Positions 13,391 through 25,700 of a stretch of DNA of 64,000 nt are shown here, piece after piece. The position numbers and the translations under genes were made by a program. The notes beneath the pieces were generated by a model. That model saw nothing but the letters and a program-made list of their open reading frames with translations, was not told the DNA's origin and did no database searches. Position 1 is the stretch's first letter, and each line of letters starts with the position of its first letter. The DNA is taken from assembly GCA_043228905.1 (NCBI GenBank), contig JBHGNT010000037.1, positions 186,001 through 250,000 on the forward strand, given 5' to 3'. This DNA is from Azolla caroliniana. Its lineage: Eukaryota > Plantae > Polypodiophyta.

Positions 13391-16300
13391 AGGCTAGCTA
13401 TGACATAGAATTAAAAAATCGAGATTTTGAAACTCAGGTCGAGAGACATGACAAAATTAACATATTTAAGGAGGCAGTTGAGAAGAGCCAGTGAGTAAAT
13501 TAAAATGGTCATGCCTGGCTCGTGTGATATCGGATTTCTGTGTTCAAAGATGCGAATCGAAGCTAACAACGCTAGCTATGATATAGAATTAAAAAATCGA
13601 GATTTTGAAACTCAGATCGAGAGACATGCGGAAATTAGCATATTTGAGGAGGGAGTTGAGAAGAGCCAGTGAGTAAATTAAAATGGTCATACCTGGCTCG
13701 TGTGATATCGGATTTCTGTGTTCAAACATGCGAATCGAAGCTAACAAGGCTAGCTATGATATAGAATTAAAAAATCGAGATTTTGAAACTGACGTCGAAA
13801 GATATGAGGAAATTAGCATGTTGGAGGAGGGAGTTGAGAAGAGCGAGTGAGTAAATTAAAATGGTCATACCTGGCTCGTGTGATATCGGATTTCTGTGGC
13901 CAAACATGCGAATCGAAGCTAACAAGGCTAGCTATGACATAGAATTAAAAAATCGAGATTTTGAAACTCACGTCGAGAGACATGAGGAAATTAGCATATT
14001 TGAGGAGGGAGTTGAGAAGAGCGAGTGAGTAAATTAAACTGGTCAAACCTGGCACGTGTGATATCCGATTTCTCTGTTCAAACATGCGAATCGAAGCTAA
14101 CAGCGCTAGCTTTGATATAGAATTTAAAAATCAAGATTTTGAAACTCACGTCGAAAGACATGAGGAAATTAGAATATTTGAGGAGGGAGTTGAGAAGAGC
14201 TAGTGAGTAAATTAAAATGTTCATACCTGGCTCGTGTGATATCGGATTTTTGTGTTCAAACATGCGAATCGAAGCTAACAACGCTAGCTATCATATAGAA
14301 TTAAAAAATCGAGATTTTGAAACTCAGGTCGAGAGACATGAGGAAATTAGCATATTTCAAGAAGGAGTTGAGAAGAGCCAGTCAGTAAATTAAAATGTTC
14401 AGACCTGGCACGTGTGATATGGGAATTTTGTGTTCAAACATGCGAATCGAAGATAACAATGCTAGCTATGATATAGAATTAAATAATCGAGATTTTGAAA
14501 CTCAGGTCGAGAGACATGAAGAAATTACAATATTTGAGGAGGGAGTTGAGAAGAGCTAGTGAGTAAATTAAAATGTTCATACCTGGCTCGTGTGATATCG
14601 GATTTTTGTGTTCAAACATGCGAATCGAAGCTAACAACGCTAGCTATGATATAGAATTAAAAAATTGAGATTTTGAAACTCAGGTCGAGAGACATGAGGA
14701 AATTAGCGTATTTAAGGAAGGAGTTGAGAAGAGCCAGTCAGTAAATTAAAATGTTCATACCTGGGACGTCTGATATCGGATTTTTGTGTTCAAACATGCG
14801 AATCGAAGATAACAACGCTAGCTATGATATAGAATTAAATAATCGAGATTTTAAAACTCAGGTCGAGAGACATGAAGAAATTACAATATTTGAGGAGGGA
14901 GTTGAGAAGAGCTAGTCAGTAAATTAAAATGTTCATACCTGGCTCGTGTGATATCGGATTTCTGTGTTCAAACATGCGAATCGAAGCTAACAACGCTAGC
15001 TATGATATAGAATTAAAAAATCAAGATTTTGAAACTGACGTCGAAAGACATGAGGAAATTAGCATGTTGGAGGAGGGAGTTGAGAAAAGCGAGTGAGTAA
15101 ATTAAAATGGTCATACCTGGCTCGTGTGATATCGGATTTCTGTGTTCAAACATGCGAATCGAAACTAACAAGGCTAGCTATGATATAGAATTAAAAAATC
15201 AAGATTTTGAAACTCAGGTCGAGAGACATGCCGAAATTAGCATATTTGAGGAGGGAGTTGAGAAGAGCCAGTGAGTAAATTAAAATGGTCATACCTGGCT
15301 CGTGTGATATCGGATTTCTGTGTTCAAACATGCAAATCGAAGCTAACAAGGCTAGCTATGATATAGAATTAAAAAATCAAGATTTTGAAACTGACGTCGA
15401 AAGACATGAGGAAATTAGCATGTTGGAGGAGGGAGTTGAGAAGAGCGAGTGAGTAAATTAAAATGGTCATACCTGGCTCGTGTGATATCGGATTTTTGTG
15501 TTCAAACATGCGAATCGAAACTAACAAGCCTAGCTATGATATAGAATTAAAAATTTGTGATTTTGAAACTCAGGTCGAGAGACATGAGGAAATTAGCATA
15601 TTTGAGGAGGGAGTTGAGAAGAGCCAGTGAGTAAATTAAAATGGTCATACCTGGCTCGTGTAATATCGGATTTCTGTGTTCAAACATGCGAATCGAAACT
15701 AACAAGGCTAGCTATGATATAGAATTAAAAAATCGTGATTTTGAAACTCAGGTCGAGAGACATGAGGAAATTAGCATATTTGAGGAGGGAGTTGAGAAGA
15801 GCGAGTGAGTAAATTAAAATGGTCATACCTCGCTCGTGTGATATCGGATTGCTGTGTTCAAACATGCAAATCGAAGCTAACAAGGCTAGCTATGATATAG
15901 AATTAAAAAATCGAGATTTTGAAACTCAGGTCGAGAGACATGAAGAAATTAGCATATTTGAGGAGGGAGTTGAGAAGAGCGTGTGTGTAAATTAAAATGG
16001 TCATACCTGGCTCGTGTGATATCGGATTTCTGTGTTCAAACATGCGAATCGAAGCTAACAAGGCTAGCTATGATATAGAATTAAAAAATCGAGATTTTGA
16101 AACTCAGGTCGAGAGACATGAAAAAATTAGCATATTTGAGGAGGGAGTTGAGAAGAGCGTGTGAGTAAATTAAAATGGTCATACCTGGCTCGTGTGATAT
16201 CGGATTTCTGTGTTCAAACATGCGAATCGAAGCTAACAAGGCAAGCTATGATATAGACTTAAAAAATCGTGATTTCGAAACTGACGTCTAAAGACATGAG

Positions 16301-16629
16301 GAAATTAGCATGCTGGAGGAGGGAGTTGAGAAGAGCGAGTGAGTAAATTAAAATGGTCATACCTGGCTCGTGTGATATCGGATTGCTGTGTTCAAACATG
16401 CAAATCGAAGCTAACAAGGCTAGCTATGATATAGAATTAAAAAATCGAGATTTTGAAACTCAGGTCGAGAGACATGAAGAAATTAGCATATTTGAGGAGG
16501 GAGTTGAGAAGAGCGTGTGTGTAAATTAAAATGGTCATACCTGGCTCGTGTGATATCGGATTTCTGTGTTCAAACATGCGAATCGAAGCTAACAAGGCTA
16601 GCTATGATATAGAATTAAAAAATGGAGAT

Positions 16630-19410
16630 TTTGAAACTCAGGTCGAGAGACATGAAGAAATTAGCATATTTGAGGAGGGAGTTGAGAAGAGCGTGTGAGT
16701 AAATTAAAATGGTCATACCTAGCTCGTGTGATATCGGATTTCTGTGTTCAAACATGCGAATCGAAACTAACAAGGCTAGCTATGATATAGACTTAAAAAA
16801 TCGTGATTTTGAAACTCAGGTCGAGAGACATGAGGAAATTAGCATATTTGAGGAGGGAGTTGAGAAGAGCCAGTGAGTAAATTAAAATAGTCATACCGGG
16901 CTCGTGTGATATCGGATTTCTGTGTTCAAACATGCAAATCGAAGCTAACAAGGCTAGCTATGATATAGAATTAAAAAATCAAGATTTTGAAACTGACGTC
17001 GAAAGACATGAGGAAATTAGCATGCTGGAGGAGGGAGTTGAGAAGAGCGAGTGAGTAAATTAAAATGGTCATACCTGGCTCGTGTGATATCGGATTTCTG
17101 TGTTCAAACATGCGAATCGAAGCTAACAAGGCTAGCTATGATATAGAATTAAAAAATCGAGATTTTGAAACTCAGGTCGAGAGACATGAAGAAATTAGCA
17201 TATTTGAGGAGGGAGTTGAGAAGAGCGTGTGAGTAAATTAAAATGGTCATACCTAGCTCGTGTGATATCGGATTTCTGTGTTCAAACATGCGAATCGAAA
17301 CTAACAAGGCTAGCTATGATATAGACTTAAAAAATCGTGATTTTGAAACTCAGGTCGAGAGACATGAGGAAATTAGCATATTTGAGGAGGGAGTTGAGAA
17401 GAGCCAGTGAGTAAATTAAAATAGTCATACCGGGCTCGTGTGATATCGGATTTCTGTGTTCAAACATGCAAATCGAAGCTAACAAGGCTAGCTATGATAT
17501 AGAATTAAAAAATCAAGATTTTGAAACTGACGTCGAAAGACATGAGGAAATTAGCATGCTGGAGGAGGGAGTTGAGAAGAGCGAGTGAGTAAATTAAAAT
17601 GGTCATACCTGGCTCGTGTGATATCGGATTTTTGTGTTCAAACATGCGAATCGAAGCTAACAAGGCTAGCTATGATATAGAATTAAAAAATCGTGATTTT
17701 GAAACTCAGGTCGAGAGACATGAGGAATTTAACATATTTGAGGAGGGAGTTGAGAAGAGCCAGTGAGTAAATTAAAATGGTCATACCTGGCTCGTGTGAT
17801 ATCGGATTTATGTGTTCAAACATGCGACTCGAAGATAACAACGCTAGCTATGACATAGAATTAAAAGATCGAGATTTTGAAACTCAGTTCGAGAGACATG
17901 AGGAAATTAGCATATTTGAGGAGGGAGTAGAGAAGAGCCAGTGAGTAAATTAAAATGATCATACCTAGCTCGTGTGATATCGGATTTCTGTGTTCAAACA
18001 TGCAAATCGAAGCTAACAAGGCTAGCTATGATATAGAATTAAAATATCGAGATTTTGAAACTCAGGTCGAGAGACATGAGGAAATTAGCATATTTGAGGA
18101 GGGAGTTGAGAAGAGCGAGTGAGTAAATTAAAATGGTCATACCTGGCTCGTGTGATATCGGATTTCTGTGTTCAAACATGCGAATCGAACCTAACAACGC
18201 TAGCTATGACATAGAATTAAAAAATCGAGATTTTGAAACTCAGGTCGAGAGACATGAGGAAATTAGCATATTTGAGGAGGGAGTTGAGAAGAGCCAGTGA
18301 GTAAATTAAAATGGTCATACCTGGCTCGTGTGATATCGGATTTATGTGTTCAAACATGCGACTCGAAGATAACAACGCTAGCTATGACATAGAATTAAAA
18401 GATCGAGATTTTGAAACTCAGTTCGAGAGACATGAGGAAATTAGCATATTTGAGGAGGGAGTAGAGAAGAGCCAGTGAGTAAATTAAAATGATCATACCT
18501 AGCTCGTGTGATATCGGATTTCTGTGTTCAAACATGCAAATCGAAGCTAACAAGGCTAGCTATGATATAGAATTAAAATATCGAGATTTTGAAACTCAGG
18601 TCGAGAGACATGAGGAAATTAGCATATTTGAGGAGGGAGTTGAGAAGAGCGAGTGAGTAAATTAAAATGGTCATACCTGGCTCGTGTGATATCGGATTTC
18701 TGTGTTCAAACATGCGAATCGAACCTAACAACGCTAGCTATGACATAGAATTAAAAAATCGAGATTTTGAAACTCAGGTCGAGAGACATGAGGAAATTAG
18801 CATATTTGAGGAGGGAGTTGAGAAGAGCGAGTGAGTAAATTAAACTGGTCAAACCTGGCACGTGTGATATCGGATTTCTCTGTTCAAACATGCGAATCGA
18901 AGCTAACAACGCTAGCTTTGATATAGAATTTAAAAATCAAGATTTTGAAACTCACGTCGAAAGACATGAGGAAATTAGAATATTTGAGGAGGGAGTTGAG
19001 AAGAGCTAGTGAGTAAATTAAAATGTTCATACCTGGCTCGTGTGATATCGGATTTTTGTGTCCAAACATGCGAATCGAAGCTAACAACGCTAGCTATCAT
19101 ATAGAATTAAAAAATCGAGATTTTGAAACTCAGGTCGAGAGACATGAGGAAATTAGCATATTTCAAGAAGGAGTTGAGAAGAGCCAGTCAGTAAATTAAA
19201 ATGTTCAGACCTGGCACGTGTGATATCGGATTTTTTTGTTCAAACATGCGAATCGAAGATAACAACGCTACCTATGATATAGAATTAAATAATCGAGATT
19301 TTGAAACTCAGGTCGAGAGACATGAAGAAATTACAATATTTGAGGAGGGAGTTGAGAAGAGCTAGTGAGTAAATTAAAATGTTCATACCTGGCTCGTGTG
19401 ATATCGGATT
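16630..19410. repeat. ~15-monomer block with two internal 3-mer duplications; recopied at ~27112-29892
   Basis: ccgggctc at 16896/17430 and atgatcatacctagc pairs are 534 bp apart. The block recurs at +10482 = 59 x 178 - 20 (ORFs 18884 and 29366 identical). Confidence 0.88.
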
Positions 19411-19708
19411 TTTGTGTTCAAACATGCGAATCGAAGCTAACAACGTTAGCTATGATATAGAATTAAAAAATTGAGATTTTGAAACTCAGGTCGAGAGACA
19501 TGAGGAAATTAGCGTATTTCAAGAAGGAGTTGAGAAGAGCCAGTCAGTAAATTAAAATGTTCATACCTGGGACGTCTGATATCGGATTTTTGTGTTCAAA
19601 CATGCGAATCGAATATAACAACGCTATCTATGATATAGAATTAAATAATCGAGATTTTAAAACTCAGGTCGAGAGACATGAAGAAATTACAATATTTGAG
19701 GAGGGAGT

Positions 19709-22700
19709 AAATTAAAATGGTCATACCTGGCTCGTGTGATATCGGATTTCTGTGCTCAAACATGTGAATCGAAGCTAACAAGGCTAGCTATCATATAAAA
19801 TTAAAATATCAAGATTTTGAAACTGACGTCGAAAGACATGAGGTAATTAGCATGTTGGAGGAGGGAGTTGAGAAGAGCCAGTGAGTAAATTAAAATGGTC
19901 ATACCTGGCTCGTGTGATATCGGATTTCTGTGTTCAAACATGCGAATCGAAACTAACAAGGCTAGCTATGATATAGAATTAAAAAATCAAGATTTTGAAA
20001 CTCATGTCGAAAGACATTAGGAAATTAGCATGTTTGAGGAGGGAGTTGAGAAGAGCCAGTGAGTAAATTAAAATGGTCATACCTGGCTCGTGTGATATCG
20101 GATTTCTGTGCTCAAACATGTGAATCGAAGCTAACAAGGCTAGCTATGATATAGAATTAAAATATCAAGATTTTGAAACTGACGTCGAAAGACATGAGGA
20201 AATTAGCATGTTGGAGGAGGGAGTTGAGAAGAGCGAGTGAGTAAATTAAAATGGTTATACCTGGCTCGTGTGATATCGGATTTCTGTGTTCAAACATGCG
20301 AATCGAAACTAACAAGGCTAGCTATGATATAGAATTAAAAAATCGTGATTTTGAAACTCAGGTCGAGAGACATGAGGAAATTAGCATATTTGAGGAGGGA
20401 GTTGAGAAGAGCCAGTGAGTAAATTAAAATGGTCATACCTGGCTCGTGTGACATCGGATTTCTGTGTTCAAACATGCAAATCGAAGCTAACAAGGCTAGC
20501 TATGATATAGAATTAAAATATCAAGATTTTGAAACTGACGTCGAAAGACATGAGGAAATTAGCATGCTGGAGGAGGGAGTTGAGAAGAGCGAGTGAGTAA
20601 ATTAAAATGGTCATACCTGGCTCGTGTGATATCGGATTTCTGTGTTCAAACATGCGAATCGAAGCTAACAAGGCTAGCTATGATATAGAATTAAAAAATC
20701 GTGATTTTGAAACTCAGGTCGAGAGACATGAGGAAATTAGCATATTTGAGGAGGGAGTTGAGAAGAGCCATTGAGTAAATTAAAATGGTCATACCTAGCT
20801 CGTGTGATATCGGATTGCTGTGTTCAAACATGCGAATCGAAGCTAACAAGGCTAGCTATGATATAGACTTAAAAAATCGAGATTTTGAAACTCAGGTCGA
20901 GAGACATGAAGAAATTAGCATATTTGAGGAGGGAGTTGAGAAGAGCGAGTGTGTAAATTAAAATGGTCATACCTGGCTCGTGTGATATCGGATTTCTGTG
21001 TTCAAACATGCGAATCGAAGCTAACAAGGCTAGCTATGATATAGAATTAAAAAATCGAGATTTTGAAACTCAGGTCGAGAGACATGAAGAAATTAGCATA
21101 TTTGAGGAGGGAGTTGAGAAGAGCGTGTGAGTAAATTAAAATGGTCATACCTGGCTCGTGTGATATCGGATTTCTGTGTTCAAACATGCGAATCGAAGCT
21201 AACAAGGCTAGCTATGACATAGAATTAAATAATCGAGATTTTGAAACTCAGTTCGAGAGACACGAGAAAATTAGCATATTTGAGGAGGGAGTAGAGAAGA
21301 GCCAGTGAGTAAATTAAAATGGTCATACCTGGCTCGTGTGATATCGGATTTCTGTGTTCAAACATGCGAATCGAAGCTAACAAGGCTAGCTATGATATAG
21401 AATTAAAAAATCGAGATTTTGAAACTCAAGTCGAGAGACATGAGGAAATTAGCATATTTGAGGAGGGAGTTGAGAAGTGCCAGTGTGTAAATTAAAATGG
21501 TCATAGCTGGCTCGTGTGATATCGGATTTATGTGTTCAAACATGCGACTCGAAGATAACAACGCTAGCTATGACATAGAATTAAAAGATCGAGATTTTGA
21601 AACTCAGTTCGAGAGACATGAGGAAATTAGCATATTTGAGGAGGGAGTAGAGAAGAGCCAGTGAGTAAATTAAAATGGTCATACCTGGCTCGTGTGATAT
21701 CGGATTTTTGTGTTCAAACATGCGAATCGAAGCTAACTACGCTAGCTTTGATATAGAATTAAAAAATCAAGATTTTGAAACTCACGTCGAGAGACATGAG
21801 GAAATTAGCATGTTGGAGGATTGAGTTGAGAAGAGCGAGTGAGTAAATTAAAATGGTCACACCTGGCTCGTGTGATATCGGATTTCTGTGTTCAAAATGC
21901 GAATCGAAGCTAACAAGGCTAGCTATGATATAGAATTAAAAAATCGAGATTTTGAAACTCAGTTCGAGAGACATGAAAAAATTAACATATTTGAGGAGGG
22001 AGTTGAGAAGAGCTAGTGAGTAAATTAAAATGGTCATACCTGGCTCGTGTGATATCGGATTTCTGTGTTCAAACATGCGAATCGAAGCTAACTAGGCTAG
22101 CTATGATATAGAATTAAAAAATCGAGATTTTGAAACTCAGGTCGAGAGACATGAAGAAATTAGCATATTTGAGGAGGGAGTTGAGAAGAGCGTGTGAGTA
22201 AATTAAAATGGTCATACCTGGCTCGTGTGATATCGGATTTCTGTGCTCAAACATGTGAATCGAAGCTAACAAGGCTAGCTATCATATAAAATTAAAATAT
22301 CAAGATTTTGAAACTGACGTCGAAAGACATGAGGTAATTAGCATGTTGGAGGAGGGAGTTGAGAAGAGCGTGTGAGTAAATTAAAATGGTCATACCTGGC
22401 TCGTGTGATATCGGATTTCTGTGTTCAAACATGCGAATCGAAACTAACAAGGCTAGCTATGATATAGAATTAAAAAATCGTGATTTTGAAACTCAGGTCG
22501 AGAGACATGAGGAAATTAGCATATTTGAGGAGGGAGTTGAGAAGAGCCATTGAGTAAATTAAAATGGTCATACCTAGCTCGTGTGATATCGGATTGCTGT
22601 GTTCAAACATGCGAATCGAAGCTAACAAGGCTAGCTATGATATAGACTTAAAAAATCGAGATTTTGAAACTCAGGTCGAGAGACATGAAGAAATTAGCAT

Positions 22701-25700
22701 ATTTGAGGAGGGAGTTGAGAAGAGCGAGTGTGTAAATTAAAATGGTCATACCTGGCTCGTGTGATATCGGATTGCTGTGTTCAAACATGCAAATCGAAGC
22801 TAACAAGGCTAGCTATGATATAGAATTAAAAAATCGAGATTTTGAAACTCAGGTCGAGAGACATGAAGAAATTAGCATATTTGAGGAGGGAGTTGAGAAG
22901 AGCGTGTGAGTAAATTAAAATGGTCATACCTAGCTCGTGTGATATCGGATTTCTGTGTTCAAACATGCGAATCGAAACTAACAAGGCTAGCTATGATATA
23001 GACTTAAAAAATCGTGATTTTGAAACTCAGGTCGAGAGACATGAGGAAATTAGCATATTTGAGGAGGGAGTTGAGAAGAGCCAGTGAGTAAATTAAAATA
23101 GTCATACCGGGCTCGTGTGATATCGGATTTCTGTGTTCAAACATGCAAATCGAAGCTAACAAGGCTAGCTATGATATAGAATTAAAAAATCAAGATTTTG
23201 AAACTGACGTCGAAAGACATGAGGAAATTAGCATGCTGGAGGAGGGAGTTGAGAAGAGCGAGTGAGTAAATTAAAATGGTCATACCTGGCTCGTGTGATA
23301 TCGGATTTCTGTGTTCAAACATGCGAATCGAAGCTAACAAGGCTAGCTATGATATAGAATTAAAAAATCGAGATTTTGAAACTCAGGTCGAGAGACATGA
23401 AGAAATTAGCATATTTGAGGAGGGAGTTGAGAAGAGCGTGTGAGTAAATTAAAATGGTCATACCTAGCTCGTGTGATATCGGATTTCTGTGTTCAAACAT
23501 GCGAATCGAAACTAACAAGGCTAGCTATGATATAGACTTAAAAAATCGTGATTTTGAAACTCAGGTCGAGAGACATGAGGAAATTAGCATATTTGAGGAG
23601 GGAGTTGAGAAGAGCCAGTGAGTAAATTAAAATAGTCATACCGGGCTCGTGTGATATCGGATTTCTGTGTTCAAACATGCAAATCGAAGCTAACAAGGCT
23701 AGCTATGATATAGAATTAAAAAATCAAGATTTTGAAACTGACGTCGAAAGACATGAGGAAATTAGCATGCTGGAGGAGGGAGTTGAGAAGAGCGAGTGAG
23801 TAAATTAAAATGGTCATACCTGGCTCGTGTGATATCGGATTTTTGTGTTCAAACATGCGAATCGAAGCTAACAAGGCTAGCTATGATATAGAATTAAAAA
23901 ATCGTGATTTTGAAACTCAGGTCGAGAGACATGAGGAATTTAACATATTTGAGGAGGGAGTTGAGAAGAGCCAGTGAGTAAATTAAAATGGTCATACCTG
24001 GCTCGTGTGATATCGGATTTCTGTGCTCAAACATGTGAATCGAAGCTAACAAGGCTAGCTATCATATAAAATTAAAATATCAAGATTTTGAAACTGACGT
24101 CGAAAGACATGAGGTAATTAGCATGTTGGAGGAGGGAGTTGAGAAGAGCCAGTGAGTAAATTAAAATGGTCATACCTGGCTCGTGTGATATCGGATTTCT
24201 GTGTTCAAACATGCGAATCGAAACTAACAAGGCTAGCTATGATATAGAATTAAAAAATCAAGATTTTGAAACTCATGTCGAAAGACATTAGGAAATTAGC
24301 ATGTTTGAGGAGGGAGTTGAGAAGAGCCAGTGAGTAAATTAAAATGGTCATACCTGGCTCGTGTGATATCGGATTTCTGTGCTCAAACATGTGAATCGAA
24401 GCTAACAAGGCTAGCTATGATATAGAATTAAAATATCAAGATTTTGAAACTGACGTCGAAAGACATGAGGAAATTAGCATGTTGGAGGAGGGAGTTGAGA
24501 AGAGCGAGTGAGTAAATTAAAATGGTTATACCTGGCTCGTGTGATATCGGATTTCTGTGTTCAAACATGCGAATCGAAACTAACAAGGCTAGCTATGATA
24601 TAGAATTAAAAAATCGTGATTTTGAAACTCAGGTCGAGAGACATGAGGAAATTAGCATATTTGAGGAGGGAGTTGAGAAGAGCCAGTGAGTAAATTAAAA
24701 TGGTCATACCTGGCTCGTGTGACATCGGATTTCTGTGTTCAAACATGCAAATCGAAGCTAACAAGGCTAGCTATGATATAGAATTAAAATATCAAGATTT
24801 TGAAACTGACGTCGAAAGACATGAGGAAATTAGCATGCTGGAGGAGGGAGTTGAGAAGAGCGAGTGAGTAAATTAAAATGGTCATACCTGGCTCGTGTGA
24901 TATCGGATTTCTGTGTTCAAACATGCGAATCGAAGCTAACAAGGCTAGCTATGATATAGAATTAAAAAATCGTGATTTTGAAACTCAGGTCGAGAGACAT
25001 GAGGAAATTAGCATATTTGAGGAGGGAGTTGAGAAGAGCCATTGAGTAAATTAAAATGGTCATACCTAGCTCGTGTGATATCGGATTGCTGTGTTCAAAC
25101 ATGCGAATCGAAGCTAACAAGGCTAGCTATGATATAGACTTAAAAAATCGAGATTTTGAAACTCAGGTCGAGAGACATGAAGAAATTAGCATATTTGAGG
25201 AGGGAGTTGAGAAGAGCGAGTGTGTAAATTAAAATGGTCATACCTGGCTCGTGTGATATCGGATTTCTGTGTTCAAACATGCGAATCGAAGCTAACAAGG
25301 CTAGCTATGATATAGAATTAAAAAATCGAGATTTTGAAACTCAGGTCGAGAGACATGAAGAAATTAGCATATTTGAGGAGGGAGTTGAGAAGAGCGTGTG
25401 AGTAAATTAAAATGGTCATACCTGGCTCGTGTGATATCGGATTTCTGTGTTCAAACATGCGAATCGAAGCTAACAAGGCTAGCTATGACATAGAATTAAA
25501 TAATCGAGATTTTGAAACTCAGTTCGAGAGACACGAGAAAATTAGCATATTTGAGGAGGGAGTAGAGAAGAGCCAGTGAGTAAATTAAAATGGTCATACC
25601 TGGCTCGTGTGATATCGGATTTCTGTGTTCAAACATGCGAATCGAAGCTAACAAGGCTAGCTATGATATAGAATTAAAAAATCGAGATTTTGAAACTCAA

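Noticed and set aside
16270-16292. CENP-B box in gatttcgaaactgacgtc variants
   Set aside because: TTCG is present, but the required A and CGGG of the TTCG-N4-A-N2-CGGG core are missing.
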